A stretch of 64,000 nucleotides of DNA from the human T2T-CHM13v2.0 reference genome, Homo sapiens. Both the position numbers and the translations under genes were made by a program. The stretch is taken from the NCBI RefSeq assembly GCF_009914755.1, contig NC_060928.1. One strand, given 5' to 3'. Of this stretch, positions 13,916 through 26,898 are shown in pieces (position 1 is the stretch's first letter; each line of letters starts with the position of its first letter). The notes under the pieces are model-generated. The model had not been told where the DNA came from. It saw only the letters and a program-made list of their open reading frames with translations, and made no database searches.

Positions 13916-16367
13916 GGCTGTCTACTTTTCTGTTCTAATGCCAGTGACAACAATAACAATACACTGACTGCTAGGAGTTCCAGATAAGTCCAGGAGTAGG
14001 AAAATAAAAAAAAAAAAAAGGAAGGAAAAATATGAAGCCATGTAGAAAACCAAATCAGAAGGAAGGTTCTATGGGAAACTGTTAATACACCAGGAAAAAT
14101 AATGATTTTTAATGTATTTGCCATGTGCATGTATATATGCATTTTCATGTATATGTCAGTGTGTTGTTATCATTGTCCGTGAAATTAAAAGAGAAAAATA
14201 GATTCTCTTACATTTGCCCTAAATATTGCTCCTGGAATCAAATAATTTACATTTAATTATATTTACCAAAAATACTAAGTGTCTATTGTGCATAAGACAC
14301 TGTGTTTGATTATGGAGGATATGAATGTCAATGATGCTATCAAGAACTACAGACTTATGATAGAAATAAAACAATATGCATTTTCTTTGTAGAGGTTATA
14401 CAGTTATAACTGTTGATTTCCATTCTTTTGTGCAGATATTAAAGCAAATTGTGTAGAATCCAAAGTGTTTTGATTTAAAAATATCTTATATTTTTGTGCA
14501 TTAATAGTTAAAATTTCTTTATTATACACACACACACTCCCTTACTCCACTTTTAAATTTTAAATTAGTAAAGAATGCTGATAATTTCAATAATCTACAC
14601 TAAGATAAAGCATTGGAGCTAAATGTTTGTTGTATACTTTATAAAACAAGCAAAAAATGAATAAAAGAAAGCATGGAGATGTAAGCTAACACATTAAAAT
14701 GTGTGATTTATATTAAGAAGTTACCATGAAGACTGGACTTGCTATTCAGGAATTATTCAATGCTTTCATCCCAGAAGTAATTTGCTTCTTTTAAATATGA
14801 GAAGACATTTTAATTTGCAACCAGGCCTGGACATGTTTGTTTTTTAAACCACCACCATTCCCTGCAGCTAAAGATGGAAGATGGGAAGTGTATGTTTTAT
14901 GATGCCTTTTCTCAAATGAAGCTTAATAACTGCTTACTATGCAGGTTTCTATCTCCACCCTGAATCTCCATTTTAGTCTTGTTTATAAAACCCTAATGGT
15001 ATAGAGTTATTGATAATCAAAAATGAAAATAACAGTTTCCCAGTTTTATTCTTAAATATGTTATTTTATGTATATGTATATATCTGATATTTCTCTAATA
15101 TATATTTTATTGAAATGTTGGTTTTTAGATGAAATACTACACAGCATACATATAAACTAAATTTTTTGCTAGGGTTGTATTTGTACATATAGGATGGAAT
15201 GGACAACTAAGACACTTAAATAGATATTTCAATAAAAGTGTTTTAATAGTAGACAATTGTAAGTAGCTAAACATCCATAGCCCCAGTACCTGCTCAGAGA
15301 TTATAGTTTATATTGGATACTCAGGAAGTCTGTTAGAGTCTATGATTCATGCCTGTGGGAAATATGTTTTCCTTCACACTTTAATTAAGCAGTTTTGTTC
15401 CGAACCCAGGATGTGACATTTCCCTTCTTCATATCAGAGGAAGAATGAGTAACAAGCATTTCCTTGAGGAAAGTGGACAGAAAATGTGGACTCTTCAACC
15501 TAGACTTGGAAAGCTACAAGTGGAATCTTTCCACATTTAGTGGAAGAGAAACCACTCACAGGTCACAAGCAGCAATTACTTTTGAGAACAGAAAGAAGGA
15601 AACCAAAGTCTCCTTAGAGATACAATTGATAAAAACTCAGAACCTAATGTGAAATATAAGCAATTATGTTTTGAAAAAGGATTTTTTGAAGTAGTAAGTT
15701 CACTGACAGAATAAAATGACATACTAGTATGAATAAAAGTGGGACAAAAAAGATATTGAGATACAAGTGAAAATCAAAAAGTCCAAGTGGAAGAATCAAG
15801 AAAAAACTAAAACAAAGACTATTCTTTTCCTGAACTAAGGCGTTTCATCAGGTTTCTATGAATAGACATAGGGTGTTTATTTTACAACCTCATACTCATT
15901 TGTATTTAGTTTTACATAATTAGGCTAAAGTCAAGTGTATAATAAACTATGGAAAGCTTTCATTTCATGAAGGAGTTTCAATCACTCTTATACCTCCATA
16001 AAATCCTGAGTCAACAGCCCTCTTGAGAAGGACTGGACCCAAACGGGTACAGCAGTTCTAGCAGATGGCCAGTTAGGTTTTAGTTGCTGAGACGTCATGT
16101 GGCTTTTAGCACCGAATCTCATTTATTATTTCCTTCTAATCTTTATGGAGCCAATCAAATTAAATATTTGACACAGAAGCACTTAAAGCAAACCCATTCA
16201 TTGGATGACAGCAATCAAAACAGAAAAGGATAGATAGCCGTTCTGGGACCCAGCAATATGGTTCTTTCTTAGAGCAAAGGGGTACCTCTAGGTTTGATAT
16301 GAGGAAACAGTCAACAAAGTGGAATAAACTTGTTTCTGACCAGTTGTGGTTGTGTGACAAGACTGGG

Positions 16368-16762
16368 TATGTTAGTCCATTTTCACATTGCTATCACGGA
16401 ATAGCTGAGGCTGGGTAATTTATAAAGAAAAGAGGCTTAATTGGCTCATGGTTCTGCAGGCTATACAGGAATCATGGAAGCATCTGCTTCTCGTAAGGGC
16501 CTCAGGAAGCTTTTACTCATGGTGGAAGGCAAGGTGGGAACAGGCACTTCACATGGCAAAAGCAGGAGAAAGAGAACGAGGGGGAAGGTGCTACACACTT
16601 TTAAATGAGAATTCAAGAGAATCCACTCTGGAGATGGTGCTAAACCATTCATGAGCCACCCAACTCCAAGATCCAATCACCTCCCACCAGACCCCACCTC
16701 CAATGTTGGGAATTCCATTTCAATATGAGATATGGGCAGGGACATACCTCCAAACTATATCA
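16368..16762 (-). mobile_element. MSTA/MSTB MaLR solo LTR
   Basis: gggtaatttataaagaaaagaggcttaattggctcatggttctgcaggct...caaactatatca; perfect 5-bp TSD ctggg at 16363-16367 and 16763-16767. Confidence 0.93.
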
Positions 16763-17289
16763 CTGGGTTTCCATCATAATTTTATAAGATAAAATATGGG
16801 AGTAGAAAACGATCTTGTTTTAGTATCATGGGAACCCCTTAGTTACTTGGTTTTCTGAGGTTAACCTCAAGCTGCGCAGCTCCTCACCTAGGCCTTACAT
16901 GTAGAATAATGTGTCAAATGGGCCACTTAATCCATTTACCCTTGTGTACAACTCTCTGACTGTGTCCCTTGGGATTTTATGTTTGCTTTATGTTTGTTAA
17001 ATTTCCTTGGCCTTTTCCACGTTGGCCTAATCTGGAAACTTGCATGTTCTCCCCTCCTCTTTGTTCCCAACATATGATTTTACCCAAATAGGGCTCCTTG
17101 ACTCTTATTATATCCAGGAAGAAAAAAACTCTGGATTGTCTTTGTTTCCTTCTAGTTCATTCATTGAATATGAGGCAGGGCAAAACATGAAATGCTTGCC
17201 TGATGTTTGACCTACAGAATTATTTAATTCATTTTTGTCTTACTAGATATTTCAGGCATAGCACACAGATTTCAAAAGACACAAAAAAG

Positions 17290-18650
17290 TATAAACTGAA
17301 AAACATGGCTTTTTCCTTTTCCCATAACCTAGTTGCCAATATTTCTTCTAGGAGGCAGTTTCTGTTACAGACTAATATAAGTCATTTATATCAGCTTGAT
17401 GTGTAATTTTCTAGAGACCATCTGCATTTACTATGTATCAATCAACTATTGATGTATTTTCTTGTGTATGGTAGCATTCTCTACATGCTGGTCTGAAATG
17501 TGCTTTTGATTTAACATTATGCCTTGAAGGTTGTTACTTATCAGTTTATAAAGTGGCCCAATTCATTTAATAGACACAGTATTCTCTTGTATGGATGTGC
17601 TTTAAATTATTTATCCAATTTTGTATTGATGCTTATTTATGTTGCTGTCCATATTTTGCATTGCAAATAATGCAACATCAAATATTCTTGTACATGTGTG
17701 TTATAGTTTTTGTACTCTAAGCTATAAAACGAGAAAGTCAGTATAGCACCTTCTACCTCCTTTTCTTCTTTGTTCGGGTTTGTTATTTATGACATTTTCC
17801 ACTACTGGATTTATGGCATTTACATTCTTTTCTGTAATAATAATCCTTGGATTTGTTCTAGTCTTAATCTTACATTTAAATAAATTTAGTGCTCACCATC
17901 AGTCCTTCTGCTGTTGTTTCTTCACTCATCCCTCAGTTGGCTGAAGTTGCTCCTTTAACAGTTTTTTCAAGAAAGCAGCTAGAAAACTATATTCCCCAGA
18001 GTATTGCACATTTAGTGTTATCTGTCTATTACCTTTATACTTGAGTAACAGTGTGAATGCTAATTAAATTCTTGGGTCACACTGTGTCAATCTTCTTGAA
18101 GACTTAATTGCTTCACTGGATTTCAGCATTGAATGTTGCCATAGAGAAGGAAGTCTGATACCAGATTTTTTTCTGATTTAAGTGACTTGACCTTTTTTCT
18201 TGGATGTACAAAGAATTATTTCTCTATCTTTGATGTCTAATTAATCTATGAGCCTAAGTATTGTTCTTTATCATTTATTTATGTGTTTTGGTAGTACCGG
18301 GTACACTCTTCAGGCCTATAAGTTTAAATTTCCTTTTCGTTTAGGAAAGTTTCTGAATTTTATTTTTGTATATTTGTTCTGTTTATCATTAAACATTTTT
18401 TTGGGGGGACTCAGTCTATGCAAATGTTGTATATCTTTTGTTTTTGTTACATGTATCATATCAGTTTTACAATTCTTTTGATTCTTTCATGAATCCTTTG
18501 CCTTCCATGTATTTTACTATATGGTTTTCCCAACTGTCTAGTATTTTTCCTGCTGCTCCCAAAGTGGCCTTCTTTCCTGTGATCAGCTTAGTCTTTTTCT
18601 TCATCCTCTTTTCTAAGTTGTATCAGTTTATATTTCCTCTTTAGTTGCCT
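17290..18650 (-). mobile_element. Old L1M/HAL1-type fragments
   Basis: gtattctcttgtatggatgtg, aaataatgcaacatcaaatattcttgtacatg (L1ME-like 3' end) and aaattcttgggtcacac...gttgccatagagaag (ORF1-side antisense). Boundaries approximate. Confidence 0.6.
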
Positions 18651-18827
18651 TGTTGCTTACTTATTCAGTTCAAAATATGTGTGAAACAGTTATTATATGC
18701 CAGGCACTGTTTTAGGGCATAGTAATAGAGCAGTGAAAAAGGAGACAAAAATTTGTTTTCTGGTAATGCTTACTTTATAATTGGTTTTAGTATCTGTGCT
18801 GTGATCCTGTTTTATAGAAGTGATTAC

Positions 18828-19613
18828 TGAGAGACAGGATTAGCTGGATTTCTTAGGCTGACTAAAAATCCCTAAGCCTAGCTGGGAAAGTGACCGTGGC
18901 ATCCACCTTTAAACACGGGGCTTGCAACTTAGCTCACACCCAACCAATCAGAGAGCTCACTAAAATGCTAATTAGGCAAAAACAGGAGGTAAAGAAATGA
19001 CCAATCATCTATTGCCTGAAAGCACAGCAGGAGGGACAATGATCGGGATATAAACCCAGGCATTTGAGCCAGCAACAGCTACCCTCTTTGGGTCCCCTCC
19101 GTTTGTATGGGAGCTCTGCTTTCACTCTATTTCACTCTATTAAATCTTGCAACTGCACTATTTGGGTCTGTGTTTGTTACGGCTTGAGCTGAGCTTTTGC
19201 TCGCCGTCCACCACTGCTGTTTGCTGCTGTGCAGACCTGCTGCCGACTTCCATCCCTCTGGATCCCGCAGGGTGTCCCTGTGCTCCTGATCCAGCGAGTC
19301 GCCCATTGCCACTCCCGATGGGGCTAAAGGCTTGCCATTGTTCCTGCATGGCTAAGTGCCTGGGTTCGTCCTAATTGAGCTGAATACTAGTCACTGGGTT
19401 CAATGGTTCTCTTCTGTGATGCATGGCTTCTAATAGAGTTATAACACTCCTGCATGGCCCAAGATTCCATTCCTTGGAATCTGTGAGGCCAAGAACCCCA
19501 GGCCCAGGTCAGAGAACATGAGGTTTGCCACCATCTTGGAAGTGGCCTGCTGCCATTTTGGAAATGGCCCGCCACCATCTTGGAAGCTCTGGGAGCAAGG
19601 ACCCCTCCTAACA
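18828..19613 (+). mobile_element. HERV-W solo LTR (LTR17), full length, 786 bp
   Basis: Begins tgagagacagga.tagctggattt; contains ccaatcagagagctcactaaaatgctaattaggc and gggatataaaccc; ends ggagcaaggacccc...taaca; TG...CA termini; attac repeated at 18823-18827 and 19614-19618. Confidence 0.95.
18944..19144 (+). promoter_or_regulatory. LTR17 U3/R signals: CCAAT (18944, 19001), octamer-like atgctaat (18965), TATA (19049), polyA ATTAAA (19139)
   Basis: Motifs read directly at their expected LTR17 positions; activity unknown. Confidence 0.6.
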
Positions 19614-19738
19614 ATTACCTTACTGAATTTCTACAAAATCTTTCAATATTTTTATCTTGTCCATGAGAAATGAGAAATTATTATTTTGCATATAATGTTC
19701 CTATATTTCCTCCTTTTTAAAAGGTTTTAATGGTATAA

Positions 19739-20041
<303 letters not shown>

Positions 20042-20176
20042 AATAATCTTATACAAAGGTCTATTATGGGTCCTTATATTACTCATCTTTACATAAAATT
20101 AATTCTTTCTCTACCAAGTATTTATATGCATGGTTTTATTGGTGAAGAAGGGAGATATCAGATTTATGCTCTTGTC

Positions 20177-20613
20177 CAGGGTCAGCAGATCATAACCAGT
20201 AGTTCTAACACAGTCTATTGCACTTTTTGAACAGTCTATGAACTAAGAATAGAGGAGAAGGAGAAGGAAGGGAAGCAGTAGGAGAAGGAGAAGGAAAACA
20301 AGAAGAAAGAGACGAAGAAGAAAAAGAAGGAGGAGATGAAGAAGAGGAAGAAGAAGGAGGAGAAGGAGGAAGAAGAGAAGGAGGAGGGAGGGGGGAGGAG
20401 GGGGAAGGAGGAGGAAAACAGAAGAAGAGCAAGAAGAAGAAGGAGGAAGAGGGGAAAGGAGGGGGGAAGAAAAGAAGACAAAGAGGAAGATGAAGACAAC
20501 GAAGAAGAAAATAAGAGGAGGAACAGACGTAGCCAGCTATAAAGCCTCTGTGGCCCACAAAATCTAAAATAGTCACTACCTGATTATCTACAGAAAAAGT
20601 TTGCCAATCCTTG
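20177..20613 (+). mobile_element. MER58C-like hAT element with internal GA-rich expansion
   Basis: 5' caggg.tcagca...aactaagaat and 3' tgtggcccacaaaatctaaaata...acagaaaaagtttgccaatccttg. Confidence 0.65.
20251..20523. repeat. Polypurine (GAA/GAG/GGA) low-complexity tract, ~270 bp
   Basis: Read directly; almost exclusively A/G on the + strand. Confidence 0.97.
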
Positions 20614-20794
20614 TTTCATTATAACAGTAATTCTCCTTATGAAACAAAATAATGTGTTAAAAAATCTGTTTGCTTTTATTGATCCTAGGAAATTGAAATT
20701 GGTACTGCAAAGAACCTTACATTAATCAATCTTTCCTCTCTAGCTTGCCTCAGAAACAGTCTGCTTTCTTCAAGTATGTGTGCTTGCATGTGCC

Positions 20795-20836
<42 letters not shown>
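20795..20836. repeat. (TG)10(AG)11 compound microsatellite
   Basis: Read directly. Confidence 0.95.
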
Positions 20837-20837
<1 letters not shown>

Positions 20838-23800
20838 AAGAGATAGAGAATACTATTTTCATTTACTCAAACGAAAGATTATTCATTTTGGTAATAAGTA
20901 TATGCCACTCGCTTTAGAGAACAGTGTGCTGATGCCTTTCTCTGAGACCTGCAGCCATGGGTACATTCTCATGGATTCTTCTTATACTTAGTTTTAATTT
21001 TTACAGTTCCTTTTTGCAATTTTACTCATATAATGTGATTTGACTTACAGATGTCATTTAGTTCCTTTGAATTTCTATTTCTTGTTCTGTTCTCTGTTTT
21101 ATTTGTATGATTGCTTAAAGGAGAAGGGAAAAAACACCTACATTAGTCCCATATTTAAAAATGAAATGTCTTTTTAAATAAACATTACTATATTTTTATC
21201 TTGGAATATTTTACCAGGAAACTTTCAGGAATAAAGATAGTGAAGTAAAATAGTAAAGATTACATATAAATGCTATTTGTCATTACTGTGAATGAACGGT
21301 AAATTCTTATCAGACTGCCTCATAAATATCTAACAAGCACACAGTGTATTGTGATTGCATACCATGGAAAATCCATCAGGGCTCTGTGTGGTTGGCTAAT
21401 TAAAATCCACATCATGATTTTAGCAACTAAAAGGATAATTTAAGAAATACGCAAAAGACTTGAATATTCTCAAGATCAGGGATAAAGAGACTTGTTCAGT
21501 AATTCAGCAAACCATCAGTGCCTCCTCCGTGCGAGGCACTATGCTAGGTGTGGGTTTATTCCCGTACTTAGCATCAAGCAGATCATTTACATTCCACTCA
21601 ACCAAAGGCAAGAGGAAATAGTTTCAACTAGAGATGTAATTGATATAAAATGAATCAGTTAAAGTGAGAAGTAAAGAAAAAATTCATATAGAGAAAAACT
21701 ATCTTTTCGATGTAACGAGGACCAGGGGAGTAAATAAGATCAGGAAACTATCATGACCATTAACTTTTCTTCTAAGGCTCTTGACATGTAGAGAGAAAAA
21801 TTAGGAAAGCTAGATGAGTCCATTTGAAAGTGTAAATGAAAAAAAGAATGAGATTAAGTTCATATTGGAAGTTTGTTTTAGTTGTTCTTCACACATATTA
21901 ACCTACATAGCGAAGTTAAAATCCTTTAAATTTCAGATTGTGAATCTTATTTGAAATCATCTGGGCTTCGCTTAATTTTCAACATTTTGGAGTTGCAACG
22001 TGTTTCCAATATAATTAAAAAGTAAGTTTGTTCTGTGTTCTCTCTCCCCCTCTCATTTTCACCGAGGACATGAATTCTTAAAAAATTTGCATAGTAACAT
22101 TTACTTTCTTTTCTGCTCCATGAAGGAATATAATTAAAAAGGTGAAAGGCATTAAGCTGATGGTTCATAATGCACTAATTTATAATAGTGTATTAGCATT
22201 CTGATGAAAATAAAATACTTAATGAAACTGGAGAAAGATTTCATTTTCACCCTTCTCATTATATGTATGGTGAGTTCTGAGATTCAGGCAATGTTGCAGC
22301 AGAGAGGCTATCATAAGTGAATGCTGCTTAGGAAGCTATTCAACAAGAGTTTTCAAACAGCTGTTCCCAAGCTTCATTAAGACTCATTATGAGTTGTCAT
22401 GTAATGGAGAACTTATATTTTTTGATGATCTCTGCATACCAGTAAAGATAAAAGTATGTCTTAAGGCAGAACTGAAAAGAACAGAAGTTGGTACATATTA
22501 AAAATAGATTACTAAAATGCCCTAGTTAGCTGGCACAGACCTTAAAAGCTCAGTACAATCATTCAGATTTAAAGGGAAAGATAAAAAGTGACTAAACTCA
22601 CTGAGCTTTTAATACATCAATGGTTATATTTTAGGAAAAAAACTATTCTTTCATATGAAAGATACCTGGGGGACCCAGGGATTTATCTGCACCTCTCATG
22701 ATGGGAATTCAGAGTTTGCGTGGCCATGCCTGAGAGAGGCATCCTGATAGCTTTTCTAATTGTTACTTTGCATCAAATGTAAGGAGTCACACCTTCAAGT
22801 GTAAGTAATCGCATCTTTCCTCCATGCACCACACCTCAGACGCTTTTCCCACACAAAGTGAAAGGCTATCTCAATTTTTAGAGCGTGAAGATCATTGTCA
22901 CAGCTACTTCTGTATCGACAGGGACCTTCAGAATTGATATACACATAGAACAGACTTTAGGGGGATGTGTTCGAGGGAGCAGCGCTTAGAAGAATTAGTT
23001 CGAAGTTGTACAGCTATTTGTACAGAGCAAACACACTCGGTTTTTTTTGTTTTGTTTTTGTTTTTTTTACTTAGAGTATAAACAAAAGTAAGAAAAATTT
23101 TAAGGAATGCCTTTATACTTTATGAAAGGTAAGAAATGATCAAGTATTCATATCAAATATTATTGCTATTAATTAGAATTGTATTGTGGGCTGATGGAAA
23201 TTAATGATGGTGACTTTAGCACCCGAAACCACTGCCTAGAGCTGCCACTCTTTGATCAAATGTAGCAGTTTCCAACAACAAGCACAATCGCCAGAGCAGC
23301 CTTGTAACTACTTTTGTATCTAGATCTTCATGGTCAGTCACAGCCCTCATCCCATACCCAGTCACACTCATCCAGAACTCTGTATCCCTTAGAAGAAAAA
23401 TGGGACAAGGCCAAGCAAATGCTTTTTGTCCTGCCTAGTTGTCATCTTCTGTGAGGAGGAGACAATGTGTAGCAGATACACTGCACATTTACCAGTAGCA
23501 AACAGCAGAGTAGAGTGCCCTGAAGTTCAAGACTGCTCAGAGAAAACATTCCTTAATGACAGAGATCCATCCAAATGTGAAAGTGGTAGAGGAAGAGGAC
23601 TTTGGGAGGCTAATGAATGCAATTGCATGTAGCCACAAATACTGCATGATGCTGAGGATGAGGGCACCTTTAACAAAACTTGCAGAGGCAGAGTAAGAAA
23701 AAGTCCTAGGTTTATGCACAAAGAAATCTAGAAAAAGTGTAATGTTTCCTTTATTCAAGTTAAGCATAAAAAGGGGAGAGTAGGTGGGGAAGAGGGTGGC

Positions 23801-23861
23801 ACTGGTTAAAGAGCTAGGTAGTAAAATGGGAGTGGATCAGGAAAAAAGAATATTTTGCTTT

Positions 23862-24475
23862 TGTATTAGTCAGGGATCGCCACAGAAATAGAATCAATAG
23901 GATCTATTTATCTAGATCTACATATAGTTACAGATGTAGCTATAGATATATGGGAAGATATTTACTATGAGGGGTTGGCTCACATGATTGTGGAGGCTGT
24001 CCCAAGATCTGTTGTTTGCAAGCTGAAGGTTCGGAAAAGCCAGTGGTCTAGTTCCAGGGTGAGCTTGAGTGCATGAGAAGCAGTGGATCCAATGGTGTGA
24101 GTCCCAGTCTGAGTTTGAAGGCCTGGGGACCAGGATCACCAATGTTGATGTCCTTGCCCAAGAAGAGAGAGCAAATTTGCTCTTCCTTCACCTTTTTCTT
24201 CTATTTTCTCCTGCGTTTGCTCTGATGTAAGAGAGCAATTAATGTGCCATGTTGTTCTATGTAAACTTTATTTCTTCACACTACTATATTTGGGTCCTCA
24301 GTGGATTGTATGATGCCCACGCACACTCTGAGACTGGGTCTTCATTTCTCAGTCTATTGATTCAAATGATAACCTCTTCCAGAAACACCCTAACAGACAC
24401 CCAGAAATAATGTTTTACCAGCTACCTGGGCATTCCTTAGCTTCGTCAAATTGACACATAACGTTAGTCACTATA
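23862..24475 (-). mobile_element. MLT2 (ERVL) solo LTR, MLT2B/C-type, carrying a foreign ~80-bp insert
   Basis: tgtattagtcaggg...ttggctcacatgattgtggaggctg...cccagaaataatgttttaccagcta...ttgacacataa; 5-bp TSD gcttt at 23857-23861 and 24476-24480. Confidence 0.92.
24210..24280 (+). repeat. 71-bp dispersed direct repeat (partner 25753-25823)
   Basis: Ungapped at offset 1543; 6 mismatches in 71. Confidence 0.93.
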
Positions 24476-24884
24476 GCTTTGTTCTTGAAATATGCTCTGA
24501 TTGTTTCTAAAACCTTTTTTCCAAGGTAATGAATTAGTTTTGTCAGTTCAAACATTGCAAACCAGATTATTGAATGACTTCATATTTGATAGTGTTTACA
24601 TCAATATATTGATATTATTAGTAGGTTTGTTAACAGTTTGGAGACAAAAGAAGAAATTAGCACTGATTGCCTATGTAATATACTAAAAGGTTATCCAGGT
24701 AGAATATGAGCTTCCTTCTAATTGCTATTAAGGCTGCTCATAGATTAATTGAAGTGGCAAATGGCAATATTATTGTTTAGGGTGACTTACCTAATCCCAG
24801 TGCAGCAAATTCAATCTTCTCTCTCACAACAGGCTGTCTCCTATGTGTATCCTCTCATCACCATAGAACTTTGGATAGTATCTA

Positions 24885-25078
24885 CTGTTTCAAAAGATGC
24901 TGTCATATCTATTTTCTCAAAAGCCTGTGAGAAAGATAGGGCCAGAATTACAATCTCCATTTTATAGATGAGGATACAGGTCAAAGAGGCTACATGAATT
25001 GGCCCTGCAGCTAGTTAGTAGCTGACCTGGGACTTCAACACAGGTGTTCTAAATTCTAATCTGGAGTGCATCTCCTCT
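24885..25078 (-). mobile_element. MIR SINE
   Basis: atctccattttatagatgaggatacagg core and cagctagttagtagctgacctgggacttcaa. Confidence 0.8.
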
Positions 25079-25752
25079 GCATGAGAGCATGTTGCCACGC
25101 ACCTAATTATAGAAGAGGAGTCCTGGGGCAGAGATGAACTCTTTTGGTCAATCTGTTTTCTAGGATTCCCGGAAAGATTTCGAGGTCAAACCTGGACTAA
25201 TGGTGATTAATTCCTGCCAACAAAGCAGACGTATTTCAGAAGTTTTTGTTTTTAAAATTATTTCTATTTTAAAGAAATTGACTGTTAAATATACAGCACT
25301 TTTAATAGTAATGCAAAGTCTATATGACTAGCTCAATATGTGAAAAGATGACAGGCAATTTAACTTTTCTGTGCAGACTCAAGCTCTGTCTTGTAATGGA
25401 TAGTGCTACCTTAGTTTTATGCTGCATTTCTCAACCTTCCTAAGGATTAACAAACTGTGCATGGTTATGCGAACGACCTGTTCTCCCCATGAAAGATAGC
25501 AAGCATGCTGTGATGACAAAACCATGCAATCAGTTTCCAGAAAGGATCATCTACATTCCCCATGCAGCTACTAAAATAAGAGTGGAATAAAACAGAAAGG
25601 GCTTCGCTAAAGTAAAATGGGACTCAGATGCTTAGAGGTCATATTCTTCCATTATGTATTTTTGCAAGCATCATCCCTAAAGGTTATCATACAGGATTTT
25701 TGCTGCTTTAAATAAGTAGCAGTTGAAATGATTGTCTTTCTTATGTATCATG

Positions 25753-25823
25753 CCTGTGTTTTCTCTGATGTATGAGAGCAATTACTGTGCCATGCTGTTC
25801 TATGTAACCTTTATTTCTTCACA
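25753..25823 (+). repeat. Probable donor copy of the 71-bp repeat
   Basis: ctctgatgtatgagagcaattactgtgccatgctgttctatgtaacctttatttcttcaca, in non-repeat context. Confidence 0.93.
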
Positions 25824-26199
25824 TGACAATCTCTTTCTTTTATTTCACATGTAACTCAAACTCCTATTTTGGTACTCCCTGGGGTCAGAAGGAGATGGGA
25901 TTCAGATAAATATCATTTAAATATAGTCAGTCATGGGCCATAGGTTTTGTTTTCTCTATATATTATTTGACTCAGTATCAAAGGTGCAATTTGTTCTCTG
26001 TGTTTTCAATTTAGTGTTACATAGTGTGTTAATTTCGATATGAGCACCATAGAGTATGGCAGGAGCCACAGAATTTAATTTGAGTAAATGCAGGCATTAG
26101 GTCCATGATATGGACCAGCCTTTGCAAAGATGTGCTCAGTAGAGCATTAATCCTGTCCTATGAAGAGTCGGGGCGGGAGGAAGGATATTTGGGGAAGGT

Positions 26200-26645
26200 T
26201 ACATGCCTCCCTGTGAAATTCATGATGCACATTAGCATATTAATGGCCCTGAGACTTCCTCCAGTAGATACTTTGTTCAGTTTTGCTCAACCCAATATCT
26301 CTCAAATTTATATCATTCAATCACGCATATGTCATTGAGCTTCTATTATAGGCCAAGCATTCTTCTAAGTTCTGAAAATACTTCAAGGAGGAAAAAAAAA
26401 TGTAAAAACTTTGCCCATATGGAGGTCACATTCCAGTGGGGAACACAGACAGTAAGCAAATAAATAAGTGAAATAAATAGTATGTCAGATAGTGCAACGT
26501 GCCGTGCAGCTAAATAAAGGGGGTAAAGGAGTGGGGTGGAGTTGAAAAGTTGGATATTTCTTTTATTTGACGGCAGCATCTCCATTGTGCATACTTTTTA
26601 AGGCCTTGTGGAACCAGAGTTCTACAGAAAACACTCCGGGTTCCA
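26200..26645. mobile_element. MER117-like hAT remnant split by an antisense L2 (about 26313-26590)
   Basis: atgcacattagcatattaatggccctgaga (MER117-like); L2 tcattcaa...attgagcttctattataggccaagc...ggaggtcacattccagtgggg. Confidence 0.55.
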
Positions 26646-26878
26646 CTGAGTTGGACCCTCAGTTAGAAACCTTTTGCAGCTCACATTCTAGATTCATGCT
26701 TCGTGTTTCTTTACAGAAGATGATTCATTAAAAAATACTCTCCATTGTAACTATCGTTTTCTGAATTTGACTAACAATATCTACAGTATGTAAGCCAGTA
26801 CTTATGTTGCACTTCAAAATTTTTAAGCTAGTTTTGTCCCTTGAGAGAATGAAATAGATAACCAAGATTCAGATTAAT

Positions 26879-26898
26879 AACCACTAGATGTCGGTGTT
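26879..26898 (+). promoter_or_regulatory. CTCF-like core motif CCACTAGATGTCGG
   Basis: aaccactagatgtcggtgtt resembles the CTCF core CCAC/GYAGRKGGCR with one deviation, in unique sequence. Confidence 0.45.

Noticed and set aside
20205-20576. Ser/Pro/Phe-rich and Lys/Glu/Arg-rich ORFs
   Set aside because: Artefacts of the GA-rich tract, which lacks stop codons.
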